Positions 18,302-26,497 of a DNA stretch of 60,301 nucleotides are shown here, piece after piece. Every line of letters starts with the position of its first letter. Position 1 is the first letter of the stretch. A program made the position numbers and the translations under genes. The stretch spans positions 1 through 60,301 of the forward strand of contig CAVVFV010000002.1 of assembly GCA_963747695.1 (NCBI GenBank). Direction: 5' to 3'. This stretch comes from Candidatus Falkowbacteria bacterium (GTDB lineage: Bacteria > Patescibacteriota > Patescibacteriia > Patescibacteriales > WJLG01). Under the pieces are notes generated by a model. That model made no database searches. It was not told the DNA's origin and worked only from the letters and a program-made list of their open reading frames with translations.

Positions 18302-19321
18302 ATGTTTCTCTATCGCGACATCTTAAAAAAATCACTGTCGATCACCTTTACCCACAAGAACCTGTGGTTCTTCGGCATCTTTGCCGGACTGATCGGCGGC
18401 GTCGGCCAATATACTATGTCGATCAGCCAGTCGCCGGCCGACTGGACGATTAATTTTTTTTCCGGCCTGGCCATCCTTTTCGGACAGACGGCCAGCGGCG
18501 GCGCCATTGGCAATTTCATCCGGCTTTTTAAATCGGATTGGGTTTTCGCCTCCGTTTTTGCGGCCTTCATCCTGTTCGTCATTATCGTTTCTTTGTTCAT
18601 CCTATGGCTGGCGGTAGTTTGCCAGGGCGGCTTGGTCAACAATGGCGCCGTGATCATCAAAAATAATAATAAGAAAGAAGGTGTGCCGATCAAGGACGGA
18701 TTTTCCCGCGGCATCAATAAATTTTGGCCGGTAATCGGTCTGGATCTGATCGGCGCCGCTTTGACTTGTTTTCTGGCCGCTTTAGTCGGCGCGCCCCTGG
18801 TCTTTATGACCGCCCAGGCTGATCAGTGGGTTTTTCTGCTTTACGTTCTGCTGTTCGTGATTTTCATCCCGGTGTCGCTGATAATTTCTTTCGTGATCAA
18901 GTACGCGGTCAATTATTCGGTGATCAAAGAACACCGCTTCGTCGATGCTTTCGTCGCGGCCTGGAAATTGTTCGGCAAGTATTGGCTGATCTCCATCGAA
19001 ATGGCGCTGATCCTCTTTATGATCGATTTCCTTTTTGTTTTCGTTTTGGCCTTGGTGATACTGGCGTTGGCTATTCCTTATCTGTTTTTGGCGCGCATCG
19101 TTTCGCTCGCCTTCTTCATGGTGGTCGGCGTAGACAGTTTCTTCACGATCGCCTCGACGGCCGGCTTGTATCTGGCGATCGCGATCGTCATTTTGGGCAG
19201 CGCGATGATCACAGTTTTCAAAACCGTGGCTTGGACCGATATCTTCATCAATCTGGTGGAGAAGAAAGGCGGCGTGGCCAAACTGGAAAGAATGGCGGCC
19301 GGACTCAAAAAGCAGAATTAA
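18302..19321 (+). CDS. Polytopic membrane protein (hypothetical)
   Basis: At least 7 hydrophobic helices. The start is ambiguous: ATG 18302 (MFLYRDILKK) was chosen, and the track ORF begins at TTG 18263. Confidence 0.65.
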   Translation: MFLYRDILKKSLSITFTHKNLWFFGIFAGLIGGVGQYTMSISQSPADWTINFFSGLAILFGQTASGGAIGNFIRLFKSDWVFASVFAAFILFVIIVSLFILWLAVVCQGGLVNNGAVIIKNNNKKEGVPIKDGFSRGINKFWPVIGLDLIGAALTCFLAALVGAPLVFMTAQADQWVFLLYVLLFVIFIPVSLIISFVIKYAVNYSVIKEHRFVDAFVAAWKLFGKYWLISIEMALILFMIDFLFVFVLALVILALAIPYLFLARIVSLAFFMVVGVDSFFTIASTAGLYLAIAIVILGSAMITVFKTVAWTDIFINLVEKKGGVAKLERMAAGLKKQN

Positions 19322-19434
19322 GAATTAAGAGATAAGAGAGCATAAGAGGGCTTTTAAACAGCTCTTTTATTATTGGCAAAAATGAAGTAAATAAGTTATA
19401 ATTAGTGTATCGAGCGATCGAGAATGGGTTTTTT

Positions 19435-19456
19435 TCTTATCTCTTCTCTCTTAATT
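19435..19456. repeat. 22-nt CT-rich repeat, copy 1
   Basis: tcttatctcttctctcttaatt is identical to 40534-40555. A partial inverted partner, aagaattaagaga, lies at 19320-19332. Confidence 0.85.
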
Positions 19457-19468
19457 CTTATCTTATAT

Positions 19469-22400
19469 ATGGCTAATTCCAAATCAATCGAAGAACTGAT
19501 CAAATCTTCCCAGGGCAAACCGATGGCGGACGAATCGGCCGAGGCCAAATTCGCCAAAAAGCAGGAGGAGATCAAGATCAAAGAAATCGAACACCAAACC
19601 GCCGAGCGCGCCGCCGCCGCCGGATTGCCTTATATCGATCTTTTCGGTTTTCCGGTCAGTCCGGAAGCGATCGCTTTGATCCCGGAGGCCGATGCCACCC
19701 GATTGCAGATCATTTGTTTTTTTTATGACGGCAATGACGCGCGCATCGCCGTGATGGATCCGTCCTTGCCGGAGATCGGGCCGATCGGAGAAAGGATCGC
19801 CCACGATTACCATGTTAAGGTGGCGTTTTATATGATCTCTTCGCATAGTTTTGATTATGCCATCAAAATCTACGATACTTTGCCTAAGATCATCCGCCAA
19901 AATCGGGGAGTCGATATTACCGAAGAAGAATTGGATAAATTCAAAACTTATATCGAGGATTACCGGAGTTTGGGGCAGAAGGTCAACGAGGTCAACACCA
20001 CCGATGTCATCACTCTGATTCTGGCCACGGCTTTGAAAATGGATTCGAGCGATTTGCATATCGAGGCCGAGGAAAAAGGGATCGCGGTGCGCGTCCGTGT
20101 CGACGGAGTCTTGTACGAAGCGGCGGTGATCGACAAGGAAAAATGGAAACAGATAATTTCCCGCTTGAAGCTTTTGGCCAGAGTCAAAATCAACATTACC
20201 GATAAGCCGCAGGACGGCCGGTTCACGATTTTCTTGACCAAGGAAAAGATCGAAGTGAGAGTTTCTTTCCTGCCCACCAATTACGGCGAGAGCGTCGTCA
20301 TCCGCCTGCTGCGGCCCGGGTCGATCAGCGTCGGTTTTGAAAAATTAGGTTTGCGCCCCAAGGCCTGGGAAATTTTGGAAAGAGAGATCAGCAAACCGAA
20401 CGGTATGGTGCTCGCCACCGGACCGACCGGTTCGGGTAAAACCACCACGCTTTACGCGATCTTGCGGAAGATTAATCAGCCGGGAATGAAGATCATCACT
20501 CTGGAAGACCCGATCGAATATCAATTAGAAGGGATCAACCAAAGCCAGATCGAACCTTCGAAAGGCTACACTTTTGCCAGCGGTCTGCGGTCGATCTTGC
20601 GCCAGGATCCGGATGTGATCATGGTCGGCGAAATCCGCGATCTGGAAACGGCCGAGACTGCGATCCAGGCCGCCCTGACCGGACATATGGTTCTGTCGAC
20701 TTTGCATACCAACGACGCCGCCGGCGTGCTGCCCCGGCTGATCGATATGGGAGTCAAACCTTATTTTATGACGCCGTCGATCAATTGCATCATCGGCCAG
20801 CGCTTGGTGCGCCAGCTTTGTCCCGAATGCCGGATCGAGCATCTTCTTAATGAAGAAGAAAAACAGAAATTGGAAAAGATCCTCGCCGTCGTCTCGGCTA
20901 AATCCGGCGAAGACATCCCGACGGTGCTCCCTAAGATCTATCAGGCCGGCCCCGGTTGCAAGGCTTGCAACGGCATCGGCTATAAAGGCCGCCTGGGAAT
21001 TTACGAACTTTTGACGATGACCGAGTCGATCAAACAATTGGCGACGGACAATGCCCCGGCTTTCAAGATTTTGGAAGCGGCGATCGAGGATGGCATGCTG
21101 ACCATGCTGCAAGACGGCGTCTTCAAAGTTCTCGACGGTCTGACTTCTTTGGATGAAGTTTATCGCGTCATCGGCAAAACCGATTACATCGACGCGCTTT
21201 ATGATATCGTCATTTCCAAAACTTTCGGCCACGGCATCAAAGTTACCGAGGCGGATATGGCGCGAGTCGACGAGATCGCCGCTGATCCGGCGACCATGAA
21301 TGCCAAAGCCGGCCGCGTTCCCTCCAGCGAAATTCTCAATCTGGTGATGGCGCTGGCTCTCAAAGACGACGCCGGTGATGTGCATATCGAGCCGACCGAA
21401 GGCGACGTCAAGATCAGATTCCGGATCGATGGGATCCTCCATGATGTTTTCAGCTTGTCCAAGGAACATTATTTGCCGCTCTTGTCGCAAGTAAAAATTT
21501 CTTCCGGCTTCCCGACCAATGTCAAAAAAGCCACCTGGGATGGCCGCTTCGGCATTTTCCTTAAAGATAAAAAAATCGATTGCCGCATTTCCATAATTTC
21601 GGGAGGCTACGGCGAGACGGTCGTGATCCGCGTTTTGGCAGCCCAGGCGGAAAGCCTGGATCTGGAAAAATTGGGTATGCGGTCGTATGCGCTTGATCCG
21701 GTCAAACGTTCGATGGCCAAGACCAAAGGCGTGATCATCAACACCGGTCCGACCGGTTCGGGTAAAACCACCACGCTCTACGCAATTCTGAACGCTTTGA
21801 ATAAACCGGACGTCAAAATAATCACGGTCGAAGATCCGATCGAATATCATCTTCCCGGCGTGATGCAGACGCAGATTGATCCGGAACAAGGCTATACTTT
21901 TGCCGCCGCGATGCGCTCCCTTTTGCGCCAGAATCCGAACATCATGATGATCGGCGAAATCCGCGATGAGGAAACCGCCAAGATCGCCATCGAGGCTTCG
22001 CTGACCGGTCACTTGGTCTTATCGACTATCCATGCCAACACGGCGGCGACCGCGATTTCCCGCTTTGCCGGGCTGGGAGTCGGCGCGCAGATGCTCGCTT
22101 CAGCGGTGGAATGTACGATCGGCCAGCGCCTGGTCCGGAAAAATTGTCCCTTTTGCAAAGCGGAAATAAAAATATCGGCGGAGCAAATGACGGAAGTAAA
22201 AAAGATCCTGGCTTCGATCTCGCCGCTGGCAAAAATAAAAATCCCCAAAGAATTGAAATTCTATCAGGGCCAGGGCTGCGCCAAGTGCAACGGTCTGGGC
22301 TATAAAGGAAGATTGGGAATTTACGAGACGATCGAGATGATTCCGGAGATGCAGAAAAAGATCCAGGAAACGAACGTCACCGCTTTTGATATCGAGCAGG

Positions 22401-22501
22401 AAGCCATCAAGCACGGCACGGTAACGATGATCCAAGACGGCGTCCTCAAAGCGCTCGATGGCGAGACGAGTATTGAGGAAGTATTCCGTGTGGTTGAATA
22501 A
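19469..22501 (+). CDS. Tandem-fused type II/IV secretion (GspE/PilB-family) ATPase with two complete ATPase modules
   Basis: An N-terminal MshEN/T2SSE_N-like region is followed by two copies of Walker A GPTGSGKTTTLYA (nt 20420-20446 and 21746-21772). There are also two Walker B/Asp boxes (VIMVGEIRD, IMMIGEIRD), two His boxes (TGHMVLSTLHTN, TGHLVLSTIHAN) and two tetra-Cys motifs (CPEC..CKACNG, CPFC..CAKCNG). The start could instead be ATG 19424. Confidence 0.9.
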   Translation: MANSKSIEELIKSSQGKPMADESAEAKFAKKQEEIKIKEIEHQTAERAAAAGLPYIDLFGFPVSPEAIALIPEADATRLQIICFFYDGNDARIAVMDPSLPEIGPIGERIAHDYHVKVAFYMISSHSFDYAIKIYDTLPKIIRQNRGVDITEEELDKFKTYIEDYRSLGQKVNEVNTTDVITLILATALKMDSSDLHIEAEEKGIAVRVRVDGVLYEAAVIDKEKWKQIISRLKLLARVKINITDKPQDGRFTIFLTKEKIEVRVSFLPTNYGESVVIRLLRPGSISVGFEKLGLRPKAWEILEREISKPNGMVLATGPTGSGKTTTLYAILRKINQPGMKIITLEDPIEYQLEGINQSQIEPSKGYTFASGLRSILRQDPDVIMVGEIRDLETAETAIQAALTGHMVLSTLHTNDAAGVLPRLIDMGVKPYFMTPSINCIIGQRLVRQLCPECRIEHLLNEEEKQKLEKILAVVSAKSGEDIPTVLPKIYQAGPGCKACNGIGYKGRLGIYELLTMTESIKQLATDNAPAFKILEAAIEDGMLTMLQDGVFKVLDGLTSLDEVYRVIGKTDYIDALYDIVISKTFGHGIKVTEADMARVDEIAADPATMNAKAGRVPSSEILNLVMALALKDDAGDVHIEPTEGDVKIRFRIDGILHDVFSLSKEHYLPLLSQVKISSGFPTNVKKATWDGRFGIFLKDKKIDCRISIISGGYGETVVIRVLAAQAESLDLEKLGMRSYALDPVKRSMAKTKGVIINTGPTGSGKTTTLYAILNALNKPDVKIITVEDPIEYHLPGVMQTQIDPEQGYTFAAAMRSLLRQNPNIMMIGEIRDEETAKIAIEASLTGHLVLSTIHANTAATAISRFAGLGVGAQMLASAVECTIGQRLVRKNCPFCKAEIKISAEQMTEVKKILASISPLAKIKIPKELKFYQGQGCAKCNGLGYKGRLGIYETIEMIPEMQKKIQETNVTAFDIEQEAIKHGTVTMIQDGVLKALDGETSIEEVFRVVE

Positions 22502-22506
22502 AAACA

Positions 22507-22542
22507 AATTAGTTCTAATGCTAATTTTCGAATGATGCGAAT
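22507..22542. repeat. Left arm of palindromic repeat (filled copy)
   Basis: aattagttctaatgctaattttcgaatgatgcgaat matches 35944-35979 at 35 of 36 positions. Confidence 0.9.
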
Positions 22543-22550
22543 CCGCGAAT

Positions 22551-22989
22551 TCCAGTAGAAGCATTTTTGCGGATTAGCAAGTTGGATATATGTTAAGGAG
22601 GGACATTATACACAAAGATCTTTCATATAAGATCTACGGTTTATTGTTTGAAGTTCATAATGCATTGGGAAGATACAGAAAAGAAAAGGAATACGGTGAT
22701 TATTTTGAATTTCTTTTGAATAAAAATAATATAAAATATAAAAGAGAGTTTCGAATCGACAATATTTTAGACGGTGAAAAATACGATTGCCGGAATATAT
22801 GCGATTTCGTAATAGAAGATAAAATAGTTTTAGAATTTAAGAATGATACTTTCATAAGCAAAGATGATTACTTGCAGACACAAAGGTATTTAAGCGCGCT
22901 GAAATTAAAATTGGGCATCTTGGTTAATTTCAGGCAGAAAAGTTTAGTGCCGAAAAGAGTAATAAATCACGAAATAAATTAAACAAATA
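22551..22989 (+). mobile_element. 439-bp AT-rich insert carrying the GxxExxY ORF, located at the dyad centre of the palindromic repeat
   Basis: This segment is present between the two arms here and absent between the same arms at 35980-35988. Confidence 0.45.
22590..22982 (+). CDS. GxxExxY-family protein (PD-(D/E)XK nuclease fold, PDDEXK_3-like)
   Basis: KIYGLLFEVHNALGRYRKEKEY... and DFVIEDKIVLEFK (D...ExK), 130 aa. It is visibly more AT-rich than its surroundings and is flanked by inverted 36-nt repeat arms. Confidence 0.75.
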   Translation: MLRRDIIHKDLSYKIYGLLFEVHNALGRYRKEKEYGDYFEFLLNKNNIKYKREFRIDNILDGEKYDCRNICDFVIEDKIVLEFKNDTFISKDDYLQTQRYLSALKLKLGILVNFRQKSLVPKRVINHEIN

Positions 22990-23025
22990 ATTCGTAGATT
23001 CGCATCATTCGCGAAATTAGCATTA
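22990..23025. repeat. Right arm of palindromic repeat (filled copy)
   Basis: attcgtagattcgcatcattcgcgaaattagcatta matches 35989-36024 at 36 of 36 positions. It ends 6 nt before ATG 23032. Confidence 0.9.
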
Positions 23026-23031
23026 TATTTT

Positions 23032-23607
23032 ATGTTGAACAAACAATTCATCGCCAAATTAAAGGAGGATTATCAGAAGTCGCAGTCGGAGCGCCGGCAG
23101 ATCATTTCTATTTCCAATGAAATCCTGCACGATTCGAAAAAGACCATTTTCGCCCTGCACCGGGGAGAAATCAAACAGGCCGAGGAAACTTTTAAGGCCA
23201 TCGAGGAATCGCTCGCGAGAATGGAAAAAAATTTCGGCTTCAACCGCAACGAGGACGAGGGGTCTTATAAGGCGGCGGTCGAAGAATACGTGGAGGCTAA
23301 GATGTTCTATTATTATCTTTCCGGAGCGAAGATCGACAAGATCAGCGAAGTCAATCTGGATTATGACAGCTACATCGGTGGCATCTGCGATTTTACCGGC
23401 GAGATGGTGCGCTATGCCACCAATCAGGCGGCGGCAGGAAATTTCGAGAAAGTCGCCGAAGTGAAAGAAGCGATCAACCTGGTGATCGGCGAGCTGATCG
23501 ATTTTGATCTGGGCGGCTATCTGCGGACCAAGTATGATCAGTGCCGGTCGAATCTAAGGAAGATCGAAGAAATGGCTTATGAGGTAAAATTAAAAACCGG
23601 AAAATAA
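23032..23607 (+). CDS. Translin-family-like protein (COG2178-type predicted RNA/ssDNA-binding protein)
   Basis: All-helical, 191 aa, with IFALHRGE...A, EEYVEAKMFYYYL, YIGGICDFTGEMVRYA and LRTKYD...LRKIEE, which resemble the translin signature. By-eye call only. Confidence 0.5.
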   Translation: MLNKQFIAKLKEDYQKSQSERRQIISISNEILHDSKKTIFALHRGEIKQAEETFKAIEESLARMEKNFGFNRNEDEGSYKAAVEEYVEAKMFYYYLSGAKIDKISEVNLDYDSYIGGICDFTGEMVRYATNQAAAGNFEKVAEVKEAINLVIGELIDFDLGGYLRTKYDQCRSNLRKIEEMAYEVKLKTGK

Positions 23608-23628
23608 AAATTTGACAATAACAAAAAC

Positions 23629-23649
23629 GCGGGCAACACCCGCTTTTTT
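23629..23649 (+). terminator. Intrinsic terminator after the translin-like gene
   Basis: GCGGG-caaca-CCCGC followed by TTTTTT. Confidence 0.75.
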
Positions 23650-23744
23650 GTTTTGTTTTATCCAATTGACTGGGAATTATTATTTTGTTAAGATACGGGG
23701 TCGGTTGGTCCTTTGTCAACAAACTTTAACGGAAAGGTTAGCTA

Positions 23745-24953
23745 ATGAAAAAGAAAGAAACGTCGGTCGATTTGTATGCCAAGCTGGGAGTCGATTCGGG
23801 AAAAGGCAGCGTGCGCAAGGCGTTCAAAGGGATCATTCATAATGAATTCCCCGGCGCGTTCTGCAATATCGTCTCTGATCCTCTGAAAAAGGGCTGGGTG
23901 ATGACCCAACATGGCGACGGCGATGGCAGCAAGATCGTTGCCCGGATAATCCATTATCTGGAAACCGGCAACGCCGAAATTATCAAAGGTATGGTCGATG
24001 ACGGGATGACCATGAATTACGCGGATGTGGCCGCCGCCGGTTTTGTCTACGGCTATTCGGTGATTACGGATACGATAAATATGGGTCTTCCTCCGGAGCT
24101 GAAAAAAGTAGTTATGGAGGCAATCTCCGCGCGAATCGCCGAACTGATCAATTTGTACGCCAAGCACGGTATTGACCGGATCTATTTCTTGGGCGGCGAA
24201 ACAGCCGATCTACCCAACCAGGTCTGTTCTGCGGTGTTTGATATTACAGTCAATGCGCATATGCCGCGAGTAAAAGTCATCAAGGGAAATGTCAAACCGG
24301 GCGACATTATTTACGGTTTGGCAAGCGGCGGCCAAGCGTGGTGGGAAAATGCGATAAATTCCGGGATAATGGCCAACGGCATGACACTCGCGTCTTCCTG
24401 TCTGCTGCACGAGTCCTATAACCAAAAATACCGGGACATCCTGCGCAATGAAAAGTGGTTTCAAGGGCGTTTCCGGATCGGTGATGTTCCGGAGGGACTG
24501 GGCTGCGAGGTGAGCGAAGCGCTGCTCTCTCCGACAAGACAATGGGCGCTCTTCATCCGCAAATTTTTGAATTATCTGGATCGCGAGGGCTTCAGCGAGA
24601 TGTTGCACGGCATCAGCGTCAACACCGGCGGGGGAGCCACCAAGATTCTCCATGTCGGCCAGGGCGGCATCCGTTATGTCAAACAAATGCCCCAACCCGG
24701 ACCGATCTTCCAACTGATTCATGAAGAGTCGGGCCAGAACTGGCGCAATATGTTTAAGACTTTCAATTGCTCCGTCGGACTCGACATTGTCGGCGAAGAT
24801 GACCCGGAGTTTCGCGGCGCCATCAGTAAAATGACTTCCTTATACGGCATTGATCTTTTCCGGCTGGGCTATTGCGAAGCCAAGCACGGGAAGAATGACG
24901 TGGTGCTGAAAACTGCCTATGGCACTTTCGACGACTACACGAAGAAAAAGTGA
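23745..24953 (+). CDS. PurM-like (AIR synthase-related) protein
   Basis: Colinear with PurM landmarks: YAKLGVDSGKG, HGDGDGSK (cf. TDGVGTK), GGETADLP (cf. GGETAEMP), LLSPTR, VNTGGG (cf. HLTGGG) and MFKTFNCSVGLDIV (cf. MYRTFNCGVGM). Confidence 0.6.
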   Translation: MKKKETSVDLYAKLGVDSGKGSVRKAFKGIIHNEFPGAFCNIVSDPLKKGWVMTQHGDGDGSKIVARIIHYLETGNAEIIKGMVDDGMTMNYADVAAAGFVYGYSVITDTINMGLPPELKKVVMEAISARIAELINLYAKHGIDRIYFLGGETADLPNQVCSAVFDITVNAHMPRVKVIKGNVKPGDIIYGLASGGQAWWENAINSGIMANGMTLASSCLLHESYNQKYRDILRNEKWFQGRFRIGDVPEGLGCEVSEALLSPTRQWALFIRKFLNYLDREGFSEMLHGISVNTGGGATKILHVGQGGIRYVKQMPQPGPIFQLIHEESGQNWRNMFKTFNCSVGLDIVGEDDPEFRGAISKMTSLYGIDLFRLGYCEAKHGKNDVVLKTAYGTFDDYTKKK

Positions 24954-24973
24954 ATCACGGCTCAATAAGCAAG

Positions 24974-25003
24974 CGGGTATGGCATCAGAGCATACCCGTT
25001 TTT
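24974..25003 (+). terminator. Intrinsic terminator after the PurM-like gene
   Basis: CGGGTATG-gcatcagag-CATACCCG followed by TTTTT. Confidence 0.85.
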
Positions 25004-25088
25004 AATTTGCAAAAAATTAATCAAAAAAAATGAGAACCGGGAAAAAGTCGGTTCTCAACTGGCGGGGCAAGACGAACGTCTTGCATTT

Positions 25089-25418
25089 TTAAACAATGGG
25101 CTGGGTCTTGATCAGATCCAAGAATCTGCGGAAATCTTTCCGCTTGTCGGATTTCCATAAATCCTGATATCTGTCGGCCGGCTTTTGCCCGTCGTTTTTT
25201 TCAATGGTCTTATCGCCCTCGACTTTGTTGCCCGAATCGTCCGGAACGGTCTGGGGGGCTGGGTTGGTGGAATCTTTGGGACAAATATTGGGGCTGGAAG
25301 TAGAATGATTATTTTTTGGTTGAGAAGGAGCTTGATTGGTTTGGGCGTTGGCGATGAAAAAGAGAGAGGAGATTAAAAGGACGAGTAGAGAGAGGATGAT
25401 CGGGTTTGGTGTTTTCAT
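25089..25418 (-). CDS. Small secreted low-complexity protein (109 aa)
   Basis: Signal-like MKTPNPIILSLLVLLISSLFFIANA, followed by Pro/Ser/Asn/Lys-rich sequence. Confidence 0.55.
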   Translation of the reverse strand: MKTPNPIILSLLVLLISSLFFIANAQTNQAPSQPKNNHSTSSPNICPKDSTNPAPQTVPDDSGNKVEGDKTIEKNDGQKPADRYQDLWKSDKRKDFRRFLDLIKTQPIV

Positions 25419-25701
25419 AGGTGCCGCCTTTGCTATGGCGAAAATAGGGTGGAAGAAGAAAGAATATTAAAGCCCTCGCGGGCGCCCCAACGGGCTACTT
25501 TCTAACTTGAAATTACCACCAAGCCGATTATTTGTCAAGGGGGCGGTTTTTTGGCGGCATTTTTGTCCAAAAGGCAAAAAAAATAGCCCTTCCTGATTGA
25601 GGAAGAACCGTTTTAAAGATAGAGAATAAATTATTTTTGGCAAATTGAAAGGGGACCGATTGTCTGGGTCCCCTTTTGGTTACATTGTGAGTTGGTTGTC
25701 C

Positions 25702-26109
25702 TTACTGGACGTTGGCGAATTCCGCCGTTGTTGCTTCGTGCGCGCTCTTTTGATAAGCGCTGGCTATTTCCGCCAGATACATCTGCTTGACGACTTCCAG
25801 CGCCGGCACTTTGCCATAGGCAATTTCGTGCACGAGCGGTTCGTTGTTGCAAATGATTGTGCGGAGAGCCGGAAGGGCGCAGTTCGCATCGGGTGCTGTG
25901 GCCTTGCGAACCAAGATGGCCTTCTGAATGCTGTCATAGCTTGTCTTGTAGGTGGCGACATCAGCGTCCGAGATGAGCGGAGGGGGAAGTGTGCACGTAT
26001 CGGTCATTGAAAAGTAGCCGCGCATCGACGTGGAAGCTGAGTCCTGGGCGGAAACCGAAAGGGAAAGAGCAAGAGCGATGACGGCGGCGGCGATAGTGGA
26101 ACGAATCAT
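25702..26109 (-). CDS. Small secreted hypothetical protein (135 aa)
   Basis: AAGGAG RBS before ATG 26109. Signal-like MIRSTIAAAVIALALSLSVSA. A terminator hairpin GGGGACC..GGTCCCC lies at ~25648-25672. Confidence 0.7.
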   Translation of the reverse strand: MIRSTIAAAVIALALSLSVSAQDSASTSMRGYFSMTDTCTLPPPLISDADVATYKTSYDSIQKAILVRKATAPDANCALPALRTIICNNEPLVHEIAYGKVPALEVVKQMYLAEIASAYQKSAHEATTAEFANVQ

Positions 26110-26497
26110 GACAGACTCCTTTGTTGTGCCCCTTTCTTTCGATCAGGGCGGGTGTATTTGATTTTGAAAGAATGTGCTGGTTTATCTTCGATGACTATAT
26201 CATAGCATAAATATAAAATTGTGTCAAGAGTTTTGGCAAGAAAAAATGGTAAAATTATGGTATTAAATATTTAAAGTTAGCCAATTATATATAAATGACT
26301 GGCTAATATTAAATAAGAAACATTATAGATATATTGTCAATTTTATTGGTTATTTAATGCTATATTAGCGTCGCAGTTCCGAAGCGGCTTGTCCCGAGTT
26401 TACCGAGGGAAGACTGCGGCGGCGCAAATTTTTTTTAAAATAAACAATCTCTGATATAATGTAAGTAATAAGTTACTTCCACAGACGTTATAACTTT

